Counted from the first letter of the stretch, positions 1-9,919 are shown. The stretch: 64,000 bases of DNA from Verrucomicrobiales bacterium (GCA_002715965.1 PBAL01000099.1:65749-129748), one strand, 5' to 3'. Notes: generated from the letters alone by a model not told the origin. Translations and numbers: made by a program.

Positions 1-106
1 CACCTCAGAGGGGTTGGAGGGTGAGGGAGGAAACACTCGATTTCATGAAGAGACTGTTCAGCCTGAAACAAAGCAGCGCCCAGGAGTAATCGGAGTCCCG
101 GGCGGC

Positions 107-1036
107 TCAGGATTTCGCGGCCATGAGGAAATCCAGGTAGGTGGCGAGCCGTTCCTTCATTTCCAGACGCGGAACGATCGCGTCGATCAAACCGCGCTCT
201 TTCAGGAATTCAGCGGTCTGAAAACCCGGCGGCAATTCGGCCTGGGTGGTGTCCTTTATCACGCGCGGTCCGGCAAAGCCGATCATGGCTGCCGGTTCGG
301 CGATGATCAGATCGCCCACGCTCGCGTAACTGGCCATCACGCCCGCAGTGGTCGGATCAGTCAGCACACTGATGTAAGGAAGCCCGCGCTTCCCGTGATA
401 AGCCAGTGCGGCGCAGGTCTTCGCCATCTGCATCAGGCTGAACATGCCTTCATACATGCGCGCACCGCCACTGGTGGAAATGATGATTACCGGTTGTCCG
501 GCCTCGGTGGATCGTTCGATCATTCGTGTGAGCTTTTCGCCCACCACCGACCCCATGGAGCCTCCGAGGAACCTGAAATCCATCACGCCAAGCCCGACCT
601 TGTGATCGCCGATCTCCGCGCATCCGGTGAAGACCGCATCCTTCAATCCGGTCTTCTTGACGTATCCCTCCAGCTTGGAGGTGTAGGTCGCCACGCCGGT
701 GAACTTGAGGATGTCGACGCTAACCATCTCCGCGTCGTATTCCTCGAACGAGCCATCATTCACAAGGGCGTCGATCCGAAGCCGTGCGCCGATCTTGAAG
801 TGATGTCCGCATTTGGTGCAGACGGCAAGATTCTCATCCAGCTTCTTCTCGTAGAGCATCTCCGCGCACTTCGGGCATTTCTTCCAAAGACCCTCAGGAA
901 TCTCACGCTTGCGGCCCTTGTTCTCGCCGATCGAATTCTTGACGAAAGTGGTATCGGCCGGGTGCTCAGGCGGAGTGATCGCGGGCGCAACCGGCTCGAC
1001 ATCGGGAATCTTATGTGTGGCGGATCTTTTAGCCAT
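107..1036 (-). CDS. accD: Acetyl-CoA carboxylase carboxyltransferase beta subunit
   Basis: Zn finger WKKCPKC..CTKCGHH, MDFRFLGGSMGSVVGEK, SGGARMYEG, PTTAGVMAS, GFAGPRVI, FQTAEFL motifs. Start placed at ATG 1036 (MAKRS). Confidence 0.97.
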   Translation of the reverse strand: MAKRSATHKIPDVEPVAPAITPPEHPADTTFVKNSIGENKGRKREIPEGLWKKCPKCAEMLYEKKLDENLAVCTKCGHHFKIGARLRIDALVNDGSFEEYDAEMVSVDILKFTGVATYTSKLEGYVKKTGLKDAVFTGCAEIGDHKVGLGVMDFRFLGGSMGSVVGEKLTRMIERSTEAGQPVIIISTSGGARMYEGMFSLMQMAKTCAALAYHGKRGLPYISVLTDPTTAGVMASYASVGDLIIAEPAAMIGFAGPRVIKDTTQAELPPGFQTAEFLKERGLIDAIVPRLEMKERLATYLDFLMAAKS

Positions 1037-1184
1037 ACGGGCGAAACAATCGTTCAAACGCCAAAACGTGTGAAGGTGCCGAGTCTATATGCGCCGCAAT
1101 AGGAATTACCAGAGTTTGTTCGGGGAGAGAAGGTTACGAAATTCCGGTGGGAAGGCGTGAACGGGCCGAAGCCCGCACAAACGC

Positions 1185-1616
1185 TCATCCTTTCGCTTGA
1201 TGGTATGCCCGGAGGAACTGCAGTTGATAAGGACGTCCCTTCAGAGATACCGGATCAAATCCAAATGCCCGAAACTTCAGGATCTGCTCGCTTGTCTCGC
1301 CGACCGGCAGTTTTCCAGAATCCAGCTCGCACTGATCCACCAAGCGCTCACCTTCGTAAATACGCACAAGAAATATGGCTGATTCGGCGGTCAGTTGCTC
1401 GTTGTTCCGGCACTTTACCCGGATCCCTCCGGATCTTTCTTCGTGCTCGAGCAGTTCCACGTCTTTCACCTGCTGCATTGGACGCAGCTTGAGTCCGAAG
1501 AATGAACGCGGTGACTTGTTGGCAAGGTTTTGCAGGCAGTCGCTACCCAGGAGCATGGCGACCACAATCATTCCTCCGATCGCACCTCCGAACATTTCGG
1601 GCACCCAGAAATCCAT
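1185..1616 (-). CDS. Hypothetical protein with N-terminal hydrophobic anchor (143 aa)
   Basis: ATG start, hydrophobic N-terminus, beta-rich soluble tail, TATGCT -10-like box 10 nt upstream. No family recognised. Confidence 0.55.
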   Translation of the reverse strand: MDFWVPEMFGGAIGGMIVVAMLLGSDCLQNLANKSPRSFFGLKLRPMQQVKDVELLEHEERSGGIRVKCRNNEQLTAESAIFLVRIYEGERLVDQCELDSGKLPVGETSEQILKFRAFGFDPVSLKGRPYQLQFLRAYHQAKG

Positions 1617-1674
1617 GCGTCACGGTAGCATATGCCGTTCAGTGCGTCACACGGTTGAGAAGGCCCAACGGGCC

Positions 1675-2092
1675 TCATTGCTGTGCGTTGTCTGTGGACG
1701 ATTCCTTCTGATTCGCCAGGTGCTCCACCAGATCGCGAAGCGCGCTTGCCCAGCATCATATGCAAGCCAACCGGCATTCCGGACAGTCCCTGGCGCCGTT
1801 CGGTGATGTCGGTTTTCTCGATATTCACGATGCCGTCGGGTTCGAATTCCAAGTCGGTCGGCTGCATGTTGCCGGCGAATTCCGCGCTGTTATCGAGCTT
1901 GAAGGACGCGCCGTTGGGCTTGACTGAAAACGCTTGGATCTTGCTGTTGGCGATATTGCCCTTGAAGTGGCAGAGAAAGAAATGGCCGGCGTATTTCTTC
2001 GGCAGTCCTGTGCCGGGATAATGGACCAATCCGGAAGGACCATTGCCGACGTTGCTTGCTGGAGGGAGGCAGGCCGCGGGACGAACTCCGAT
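1675..2092 (-). pseudogene. Remnant of PVC-type membrane-bound dehydrogenase / heme-binding protein
   Basis: PPASNVGNGPSGLVHYPGTGLPKKYAGHFFLCHF...PTDLEFEPDG (propeller segment) is joined directly to IVNIEKTDITERRQGLSGMP (cytochrome c C-terminus). A frameshift at ~1741 continues as LRDLVEHLANQK to TGA at 1675. There is no start or N-terminus. Confidence 0.75.
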
Positions 2093-2113
2093 TCATGAGA
2101 GATTCTCCGTGTC

Positions 2114-2200
2114 GCGACAGCGCAACTTCTCTTTCCCAGCGGGAGAGGGACTGAGGGAGAGGGAGAAAACTCTCGATTTGAGTTTTGGCTTCTTTTGTCT
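2114..2200. repeat. REP-like dispersed repeat, family A
   Basis: 56/66 identical to the reverse complement of 38493-38558. Partial copies at 17-45 and 49171-49200. Confidence 0.8.
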
Positions 2201-2311
2201 AGCCCACTCACGCAAACACTCGTGGCGATTGCCCCAGCATACCAAGCCATTGCAATAAACTGGGATGCGCCCATCACCGAGACGCCGCGCAGGCTGGGCA
2301 ATCTGCAATGC

Positions 2312-4507
2312 TTACCTGCCTTCGCGGTCGGCCTTGTCGATCTGGCGGAGAAATGCGCGGACACGATCGAGGGCAATTCCTCGCGGCTTGTTTTCCAGCA
2401 GCCAGGTCGCGTCTTCGCGTGCGCCGTCGAGGTTTCCGCTTTGGTAACGGACAACCGATCGGTCGAGCCGGGCAATGGCACTGTTCGGTTCCAGTGAAGG
2501 ACCGAGTTCCAGGTAGCGCATTCGTTGCTGCCAGTTATCAGGCGCACTTTGGCGGCTTATGAGGTTGCGGACCATGCGACCGAGAATCGATCGCTTGCTC
2601 GCCGGCACGCGATCACCGTAAAGCAGAATGCTGGAGTCGCTCTCACTCATTATTTTTCCGCGCTCGAAGACGTCGATCAGCCGGCCGGCTTCACCCTTGG
2701 GCATGTGGCAGACCATGAAGTGTCCTGGAATTTGCGCACCGTGGATATCGTTCAGTCCGATGCGCTTGGCGAGTTCAATGTAGATGATGGACAAGGTTAT
2801 CGGCAAACCTTCCCGATTGTCCAAGGCGTGGTCGATGTAACAGCTGTCCGACAGGTCACGATTGCCATGGTAACCGTTCTCCTCGAACAAGAACTGATTG
2901 AGCCGCTTGAGCTTGTCCTCGAGGCCGGCTTTCTGGGGCAGGGACGCCTTCAAGTCAGCGCCCATCTGATTCACCAGTTTGCGATACGCAGCGACATCCA
3001 GCTCGGGCTTGTCGATCTTCGAGAGCAGGAGCGAGCAGTAGAGGAGATCAATCTTGTCCTCTTCTTTGGCGAGTTCCTTCATCATCTCTCTGCGCAACTG
3101 CTGGAAATGCACCAACTCGGCGGCAAGTCGCACGCGCTCGGCCTCGCGTTCCAATTCCTTGGCGCGCTCCTGCAGCACGGATCGGGTCCGGGGTCCCTGT
3201 TTCTGCAGTGACGTGATCAACGGGGAGTCGGCGTAGGGCTCTTCGCCAAGGTCTTTGACGATCTTTTCGATGGCACGAACCTTCTCCAACGGCACCTTCC
3301 GCGAGGGAATCGACTTCGCAACCTGGAAGTTTTTGAAGTCCGCCTTGGTGTGCCGAAATTTCGCCAGTCCCACCCGTCCGCCTCGCAGGCCCTTGTCATC
3401 ACTTGCGATGATCAACGCATCGTTTAGGAAGCACTTGATGCCATCTTCCTCGACGCGGACTTTCAGGTAGTTCCATTCGCCGGGTTGGTAGAATTCCGTG
3501 CTGAGCGTTTCGAAGATCTGCCAGGAGAAAACGTTTGGGCCATTGAAACGCGTCAGGCGCAGATTTCCGCTGGTCGGGTAAAATCCATAGTGAACGTCCT
3601 GTCCGTCTGATTCAAAGGCGAGACCTGCGGCTCCACTTTCGTCTTCAAGCTTCACATCGACGGCGACTTCATAGGGAACCTTCGGTACCTTGCGCTTGGA
3701 AATGCAGAGTGCGCGTCCGCCGAATCCCGTGCCCGGCGTGTCCACATGAATCACGCCCCCGCGTTGCGACCATTGCGCGGCAAAGACCGTCGTCCATTCC
3801 CGCTGGTTGAGTCGGCCAAAGGTGATCCAGCGTTCCATCGGAATCGGGTTGGGATCATCCAACATCAGCTTGAGTGACTTGACCGGCACGGCAAACCCGA
3901 TGTTGCGATAGCGGTCGTCCTTCATGCTGACGATCCCCAGCACTTCGCCGTGCATGTTCAACACCGGGCCCCCACTGTTGCCCCGCTCGATTGGGATCGT
4001 GATCTGGATGAGCCGATCCAATTGCTCGTCACGCAAGGCGGAGATGACGCCGTCCACGACCGTGAAGTCCAATCCGAGCGGGTTCCCGATCGCAACGACG
4101 CGCTCGCCCTGTTCGATCTTGTCGGAAACACCCAGCGGCAATACATCGAGGTCCGTGGCGTTGATTTTGAGAATCGCCAGATCGAGGGTGCGATCGAAGG
4201 CGTGCATTTTCTCCACATCGAATTCGCGCCCGTCAGCAAACTCGATCTTGATGGGGCGTCCTTCCCGGACGACGTGATGGCAGGTCGCGATCAGGCCATC
4301 CTTGCTGATGACAAACCCGGCGCCCGTGCCTTCCACCTCTCCGCTGATATCGAGCGTATTCACCACCACTGACGCGTTGCGAATCTGTGCGGCGAGTTGC
4401 TTGACGGTGTGCGGTTTGCGTTCGTCGTCGCCCTGGGTCTTGCCGGGCGCGAGCAGAACCAATCCCATGCACGCCAGAAGGCTGGTTTGAACCAAGTGCC
4501 TGATCAT
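2312..4507 (-). CDS. Exported trypsin-like serine protease + DUF1080-like domain + SirB1/transglutaminase-like domain + TPR
   Basis: Signal peptide. Triad motifs TCHHV, DLAIL, GNSGGP. Lectin-like middle (GEWNYLKVRV..GRVGL..ADFKNF). NREGLPITLSIIYIELAKRIGL..PGHF. TPR-like end. Confidence 0.85.
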   Translation of the reverse strand: MIRHLVQTSLLACMGLVLLAPGKTQGDDERKPHTVKQLAAQIRNASVVVNTLDISGEVEGTGAGFVISKDGLIATCHHVVREGRPIKIEFADGREFDVEKMHAFDRTLDLAILKINATDLDVLPLGVSDKIEQGERVVAIGNPLGLDFTVVDGVISALRDEQLDRLIQITIPIERGNSGGPVLNMHGEVLGIVSMKDDRYRNIGFAVPVKSLKLMLDDPNPIPMERWITFGRLNQREWTTVFAAQWSQRGGVIHVDTPGTGFGGRALCISKRKVPKVPYEVAVDVKLEDESGAAGLAFESDGQDVHYGFYPTSGNLRLTRFNGPNVFSWQIFETLSTEFYQPGEWNYLKVRVEEDGIKCFLNDALIIASDDKGLRGGRVGLAKFRHTKADFKNFQVAKSIPSRKVPLEKVRAIEKIVKDLGEEPYADSPLITSLQKQGPRTRSVLQERAKELEREAERVRLAAELVHFQQLRREMMKELAKEEDKIDLLYCSLLLSKIDKPELDVAAYRKLVNQMGADLKASLPQKAGLEDKLKRLNQFLFEENGYHGNRDLSDSCYIDHALDNREGLPITLSIIYIELAKRIGLNDIHGAQIPGHFMVCHMPKGEAGRLIDVFERGKIMSESDSSILLYGDRVPASKRSILGRMVRNLISRQSAPDNWQQRMRYLELGPSLEPNSAIARLDRSVVRYQSGNLDGAREDATWLLENKPRGIALDRVRAFLRQIDKADREGR

Positions 4508-4601
4508 TCGAAGCGGGACGCTAGCATGCTGAACACCTGGCAGAAAGCATCGTTCGAACCCATGGCGGGTGACCGGGGCAGGCGCAAGCCACGTCCGAAT
4601 G

Positions 4602-4644
4602 GCTGCAATGACTTCTCGCTGACGTCGCTGCGCTCGTCGCTCGC
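4602..4644. repeat. Dispersed repeat family C (ctgcgctcgt core)
   Basis: gctgcaatgacttctcgctgacgtcgctgcgctcgtcgctcgc is similar to 58276-58321. Confidence 0.6.
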
Positions 4645-4664
4645 GGCTTCGGAAACATTCGAAG

Positions 4665-5183
4665 CTACTTTTCTATCGAGTAAACGGTGGTGGGAAGATC
4701 TCGGTTGCGAGGATTGTTGTAGGTCTTCTCGAGGGTCATCCCGTTGTTCTCCGCAACGCGGCGTGAGGCGAGGTGATCGGCGGCCATGTAACTGCACAGT
4801 TTCTTCAGGTACAGGTCTTCGAACCCGTAGCGTTTGATTTCACGGGCCGCTTCGGTGGCATAACCCTTCCCCCAGTGATCGCGATGGATGTGATAGCCGA
4901 TCTCGAATTCCGCCACGCCATCGATGTTTTGATGGGAGATGCCGCAATCCCCGATCAGTTCACCCGCATCACGGAGGAGAACGGCGAACCATCCGATGCC
5001 GTTGCTCTGGTATAGCCCGCTCTGGTGTTCGATGAGTCGTTGAACGATTTCCAAGGACCACGGCTCGGGGTAGAAACTCATGGTCTCGGCATCACCGAGT
5101 ACGGAGTGGAGCGCCTGAGCGTCTCCGGGTTCAAGGGGACGGAGATGGAGTCGTTCTGTTTCCAGCAGGATCGGCGGACGCAC
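4665..5183 (-). CDS. GNAT N-acetyltransferase, RimJ/RimL family
   Basis: LETERLHLRPL, EIGYHIHRDHWGKGYATEAA, ASRRVAENNGM. Confidence 0.93.
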   Translation of the reverse strand: MRPPILLETERLHLRPLEPGDAQALHSVLGDAETMSFYPEPWSLEIVQRLIEHQSGLYQSNGIGWFAVLLRDAGELIGDCGISHQNIDGVAEFEIGYHIHRDHWGKGYATEAAREIKRYGFEDLYLKKLCSYMAADHLASRRVAENNGMTLEKTYNNPRNRDLPTTVYSIEK

Positions 5184-5186
5184 GGT

Positions 5187-6083
5187 CTACATGTGTTTGC
5201 GCATCTCCGCCAACACGGGACTGATTGCGGTGTAGGGATTCTCCTTCGCCTCGTATTCGAGCACGACCCAGCCCTTGTAACCGCCTTTTTTGAGCAGGCC
5301 CAGGAAGCGTTTCATGTCGGACTTTTCATGCACCTTGGACCCGAGCCGTTTCAGCGCAACCTTCATCTGCACGTTCACCGTATGGGGAACGCTGCGTTCG
5401 AAGTCGTCGTAAGGATCTTCGGTGCGGAAGTTGCCCGAATCGAGATTGATGCCGAGCCATTTGCTGTCGACCGCGTCGAGCAGGCGAATCAGACGATCGG
5501 CGGACGCAATGCTGTCGTGATTCTCGAGTCCGAGATAAATGCCCTTCTTGCCGGAGTAGTCGCAAGCTTCCTTCAAGGCCTCAATCACGAGCTTGTCCGC
5601 GCGCTCGGCAGAGGTGCCCTTCTTTTGCTTGCCGGCGAAAATGCGGATGTGAGGCGCACCCATGAGTTCGGCGTTGTCGACCCAGGTCTTCAAATACTTC
5701 ATCTGCGCATCACGATCGGGACCGGGTTCCAGTGAGAAGTTGTTGCCGATCGCCGTGCCGCTGATTTCGACGTCTCGCTTCTTCGCGTAACGGTTGAGTT
5801 TCTTAAAATACTCGGGCTTCTGGTTCGGCGGAAAGAAATACGCAGTGAGCTCGGCTCCCCGGCAACCTTCCTTGGCGCAGAAGTCGATGAACTTGCGCAT
5901 GTCCATTGCCGGCTCGGCAGCCTTGCGCTCTTTTCCCCTCATGTAGCGGAAGTAGTTGCGGAAGGAATAAGCCGCGATGCTCAGCTTCATCTCATTTTTT
6001 GCGGCAAGAAGGTTGGGAGCGAAAGCTGCAGCACTTGCACCGGCGGTGAGTTGCAGCATCGAACGACGATTCAGCGAATTCAT
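5187..6083 (-). CDS. Tat-exported sugar phosphate isomerase/epimerase (xylose isomerase-like TIM barrel)
   Basis: Twin-Arg signal MNSLNRRSMLQ. Motifs LGLENH, NLDSGNF, GYKGWVVLEYE. Start at ATG 6083. Confidence 0.9.
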   Translation of the reverse strand: MNSLNRRSMLQLTAGASAAAFAPNLLAAKNEMKLSIAAYSFRNYFRYMRGKERKAAEPAMDMRKFIDFCAKEGCRGAELTAYFFPPNQKPEYFKKLNRYAKKRDVEISGTAIGNNFSLEPGPDRDAQMKYLKTWVDNAELMGAPHIRIFAGKQKKGTSAERADKLVIEALKEACDYSGKKGIYLGLENHDSIASADRLIRLLDAVDSKWLGINLDSGNFRTEDPYDDFERSVPHTVNVQMKVALKRLGSKVHEKSDMKRFLGLLKKGGYKGWVVLEYEAKENPYTAISPVLAEMRKHM

Positions 6084-6138
6084 GGGCGCACGATAACGTG
6101 TCGAAGCGGGAGGAAAACGAAAAACTCTGACAAGGGCG

Positions 6139-6268
6139 AAACTCCGAGCTTCAAGCCTCAAACTCAGAAAAGTTCCGAACTTCAGTGTCCAATGAGACCA
6201 GTATTCCGGACTCGGACAGGGATAGCAGATTGCTGGCTTGAAGCTTGGCCTCTGGAGTTCGGAATTCT
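6139..6268. repeat. Degenerate ~7-nt periodic inverted-repeat element in a divergent intergenic region
   Basis: agcttcaagcc (6147-6157) vs ggcttgaagct (6235-6245). ttccgaacttcag (6173-6185) vs ctggagttcggaa (6252-6264). Confidence 0.6.
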
Positions 6269-6394
6269 CTACATCGGTGAAATCGATTGTGCCGGAACTC
6301 ATTTCGATTCACGCTGTCACATAGGATTGATCGAGTGTGCAGCCATGAATTTCCGTTCGACGTTCCTGTTTTTGCGCAAGCTGGAGGTGCGGTC

Positions 6395-9300
6395 ATGATG
6401 GCCATCACCGAATTTCTTGGCCTCTTTTTCCTGTTGGTGCTCCTATTCATCATCATCGCGCCGATCGTTGTCTGGGTGCGGGTCAATGAGACGCAGGAGG
6501 AGAATCGGAAGCTGAAACGGGATGCGAATCGTTTGGATCGGCGAGTGGATGAATTGGAGCGTGAGCTGCGTAGGCTGGCGAAAGCACAAGAGCAACCGGC
6601 CAATACAAAGGCGGTTGAGAAACCCAAGGAATCTACGGAACCAATTATAAAACCCAGCGCGGTGGACTCGATGCAGGAAATCGTGACCCGGCGTGAGGCG
6701 GAGAAGAAGCCAGAGCCCAAGGTCGAAGCGGAACCGAAGCAGGTGATCGTGCCCCCGCTTCCCAAGTTTGCCAAATCCGAGCCAAAGGTCTCAGCCCCGG
6801 CTGCGAGCTCGACTCAAGAGAAGAAACCCGTCGACGCGTTGAAGGTGGAATCTCCGAAGGAAGAGGATCAACCGCTGCTCGCCCGCATGATGAAGGGCGA
6901 GGATTTTAACTGGGAACAATTTCTCGGGGTGAAGTTCTTCGCGTGGGTTGGCGGACTGGTGGCGTTCCTCGGCGTGGTGTTCGCGATCAAGTATTCGTTC
7001 GAACAAGGTTGGATCAGTCCGACCATGCGGGTGATCGGCGGAGTGCTGACGGGGATCGGCCTGATCGTCGGGGCGTTCCGGCTGCCGCGTGAAAAGTACT
7101 TCGTCACGGTCCATTCGCTTTGCGCTTCGGGTGTCCTGACCCTCTACGGGAGCGTTTACGCGGCGCATGCGTTCTATGAGGTTGTTCCCGACGTAGGCAT
7201 TGCGTTCATGTTGATGGCCGTGGTGTCAGCCACCGCGTTTATTCTTTCAATCAATCTGAACTCACACGTGGTCGCGGTGTTGGGAATAGTCGGCGGCTTC
7301 CTGACGCCGGTGCTGCTTTCCACCGGGGAAGACCGGACGGTGGCCTTTTTCGGATATATCCTGGTGTTGAATGCCGGGTTGATTGCGGTGTCTCTGAAGC
7401 AGCGATGGGGCTACCTCATGGCGCTGGGCGCAGCTGGAACGGCGATCATGCAGCTGGGTTGGGCGGGGGAGTTTTTCAGCGGGGAACGGACTTATACGGC
7501 GATGACGATCTTTGGCTTGTTCATCGCTCAATTTCTGGGGGCGTTCCTGCTCGCGAGAAAGCGTGAGCAACTCGACAAATATATCGAAGGGGCTGCGCTG
7601 ACGATTCCTGGGATTGCCATGTGTTTCATGATCTGGCTCGGTGGATCAGGGCCATCGGAAATCGCAGATCAGGCGTGGCCGATCTGCCTGTTCCTGATGT
7701 CGGTGAATTCCGTGGTGATTTTCCTGGCGTGGCTGCGGCCTCACCTGTCCGCCGGGGTGTTGCTCGGCACGAGTGCAAGCGCACTGGCGCAGTTCTGCTG
7801 GGTGCAGCGCTGCTTCGAAATCGAACACCTGCATATGACAATGGTGATTCTGCTCGTGCACTCGGCCGCATATCTCGGCCTCGCATGGTTCACAGAGAAG
7901 AAAGAGCGGATTGCAGATGAATGCGGTTGGGCTGCGCTGATTTTCCCAGCGCTGGCGATGTTCGAATCGCTGCTGGCATTCACGTATCCGTTGGCGGAGG
8001 TCACCACGCGGCCCGGTGTTTCGTTTGGCTTCGTATTTCTGATTGATGCGGTGTTGATCGCGGTCGCCTGGCTGCGGCCGCAAATGCGTTCGGTGCAGGT
8101 CTTTGCCGGTGGCGCATCGTTCTTCCTGCTGGCCTATTGGATTGCGGAGTTTTTGAACAACGAGATGCTGTTCTGGGCTCTTGGTTTCACGATCGTATTC
8201 GGCGTTGGTCACACGATTAGTCCGGTGTTGATGGAGCGGCTTCGCCCGGCGAAATCTCCGGTGTGGTGGACGCACCTGTTTCCGCCGGCGGCCTTGCTGA
8301 TGACGCTTCTGCCGTTCTTCAAGCTGGAGCAACTCAGTTGGGCGGTCTGGCCGGTGGTTATCCTGATGGACGCGCTTGCGATGGGCGTGGCCGTTATCCT
8401 CGGGAGCCTGGTCGGTTTCATGTGGGTCTTCGTGATCACATTCTTCATGGCGGCCGTCTGGATTTTCAGGATGCCTGCAGAGGTGGGCGGTTTGATGGGT
8501 GAGTTCGGCATGCTCGTGGTGGTGATTGGATTCGCAGTGATATTCTTCGGTGCGGCCTGTGCGGCCATGCGTTGGAAGATTGGAACCTTGAAGTTTGACA
8601 TGAGCGCGCCGGCCAAGGAGGCGGGCGATGAATGGGCGTTCAGCGGAAAACTGATCGGAGAGCTGGCGGCTACGTCGGCGATCATGCCGTTTCTGCTGTT
8701 GATCCCCATGGTCCTGCGCCTGCCGCTGGAAAATCCGTCATGGGTGTTCCTGATTGGCACGGGGTTGTGCGGCATGCTCCTCGCAACTACGCGCTGGCTG
8801 CGATTCGAATGGCTGGCGTTGGTGACACTTGGGTGTGTCCTGACATTGGAGTTCGTCTGGTTTGTTGAATTCGACTACCTGAAACCGAGCTGGCTGGGAT
8901 TTGCCTGGCACCTGTTGTTCGCTGGGATGTTTGTGGCGTTTCCATTGATCCGCTGTGAGGGCAGGGAAAGCAGTCCGGTCATCTGGGCCACGGCTGCGCT
9001 GGCGATTCCCCTGCACTTCCCGATGTTGCTGATGACCTTCACTGGAATGCTGCCGCAGTTCCCTGTGTTCGGATTGTTGCCCGCGCTTTTGTCACTCCCC
9101 TTGATCGTGGTTGCTGTGCGTCTGTATCGCATCCCGGAAAGCGAAGCGCATCGGAATGCCAATCTGGCTTGGATGGGCGGAGCCGCGTTGTTTCTGATCA
9201 CCCTGGTGTTTCCAGTGCAGTTTGAAGAACAATGGCTGACGCTGGCCTGGGCTCTGGAGGGAGCGGCATTGACCTGGTTGTTCCGCAAAGTCGTTCCTCA

Positions 9301-9919
9301 TGAAGGACTGAAGCTGGTGGGCTTCTGCCTGCTGACCCTGGCATTCACCCGCCTGGCGCTCAATCCAATGGTGCTTGGCTACGAACGAAGCGGCGCGCCG
9401 ATCTTCAACTGGTATCTCTGGGTCTACGGCGCAGCGATTGCCAGCATGATTGGCGCGACCCGGATGCTCGCCCAGCCAAACGATCAACTGCGGGGAACCA
9501 GTGTGCTGCCCTGGTTGTATTCGATGGCGGGCGTGTTGGCTTTCCTGCTGTTGAACATCGAGATCGCCGACTTTTTCACCGGTGAGGGCGCGTTGCGCTA
9601 CAATCCCTCGGGAAGCCTTGGGCAGGACATGTCGTATTCCCTCGGATGGGGCGTTTTCGCGATGTGTCTGATGGGACTGGGTTTCCGGACGGGGGTTCGC
9701 GCCGCGCGCCGGGTGGGAATCGGCCTGTTGTTGATCACGATCTTCAAGTTGTTCTTCCACGATCTACGCGAACTGGAAGGACTTTATCGCGTCGGTTCAC
9801 TGATCGGATTGGCCATCGTGTTGGGAATCGTGTCGTTCTTCTTCCAGAAGATGATTGCCGCCGACAAAGAAGAGAAAAGTGCGGAGGCGAAAGCCGAAGA
9901 TTCGTCACAGAAAGCGTGA
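6395..9919 (+). CDS. DUF2339 family predicted membrane protein
   Basis: NWEQFLGVKFFAWVGG..KYSFEQGWISP, GGFLTPVLLSTGEDR, repeated TM units, C-terminal KLFFHDL..LYRVGSLIGL. GGAGGT at 6383-6388 precedes ATG 6395. Confidence 0.9.
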   Translation: MMAITEFLGLFFLLVLLFIIIAPIVVWVRVNETQEENRKLKRDANRLDRRVDELERELRRLAKAQEQPANTKAVEKPKESTEPIIKPSAVDSMQEIVTRREAEKKPEPKVEAEPKQVIVPPLPKFAKSEPKVSAPAASSTQEKKPVDALKVESPKEEDQPLLARMMKGEDFNWEQFLGVKFFAWVGGLVAFLGVVFAIKYSFEQGWISPTMRVIGGVLTGIGLIVGAFRLPREKYFVTVHSLCASGVLTLYGSVYAAHAFYEVVPDVGIAFMLMAVVSATAFILSINLNSHVVAVLGIVGGFLTPVLLSTGEDRTVAFFGYILVLNAGLIAVSLKQRWGYLMALGAAGTAIMQLGWAGEFFSGERTYTAMTIFGLFIAQFLGAFLLARKREQLDKYIEGAALTIPGIAMCFMIWLGGSGPSEIADQAWPICLFLMSVNSVVIFLAWLRPHLSAGVLLGTSASALAQFCWVQRCFEIEHLHMTMVILLVHSAAYLGLAWFTEKKERIADECGWAALIFPALAMFESLLAFTYPLAEVTTRPGVSFGFVFLIDAVLIAVAWLRPQMRSVQVFAGGASFFLLAYWIAEFLNNEMLFWALGFTIVFGVGHTISPVLMERLRPAKSPVWWTHLFPPAALLMTLLPFFKLEQLSWAVWPVVILMDALAMGVAVILGSLVGFMWVFVITFFMAAVWIFRMPAEVGGLMGEFGMLVVVIGFAVIFFGAACAAMRWKIGTLKFDMSAPAKEAGDEWAFSGKLIGELAATSAIMPFLLLIPMVLRLPLENPSWVFLIGTGLCGMLLATTRWLRFEWLALVTLGCVLTLEFVWFVEFDYLKPSWLGFAWHLLFAGMFVAFPLIRCEGRESSPVIWATAALAIPLHFPMLLMTFTGMLPQFPVFGLLPALLSLPLIVVAVRLYRIPESEAHRNANLAWMGGAALFLITLVFPVQFEEQWLTLAWALEGAALTWLFRKVVPHEGLKLVGFCLLTLAFTRLALNPMVLGYERSGAPIFNWYLWVYGAAIASMIGATRMLAQPNDQLRGTSVLPWLYSMAGVLAFLLLNIEIADFFTGEGALRYNPSGSLGQDMSYSLGWGVFAMCLMGLGFRTGVRAARRVGIGLLLITIFKLFFHDLRELEGLYRVGSLIGLAIVLGIVSFFFQKMIAADKEEKSAEAKAEDSSQKA

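Noticed and set aside
14..1102. 362-aa plus-strand ORF and the many other long antisense/overlapping ORFs in the track
   Set aside because: They are shadow frames of well-supported genes (here accD), as expected in GC-rich DNA, and carry no motifs.
4594..4662. Integron attC site after the GNAT gene
   Set aside because: Inverted ends are present, but canonical RYYYAAC/GTTRRRY boxes, a cassette array and an integrase are absent. Kept only as a repeat.
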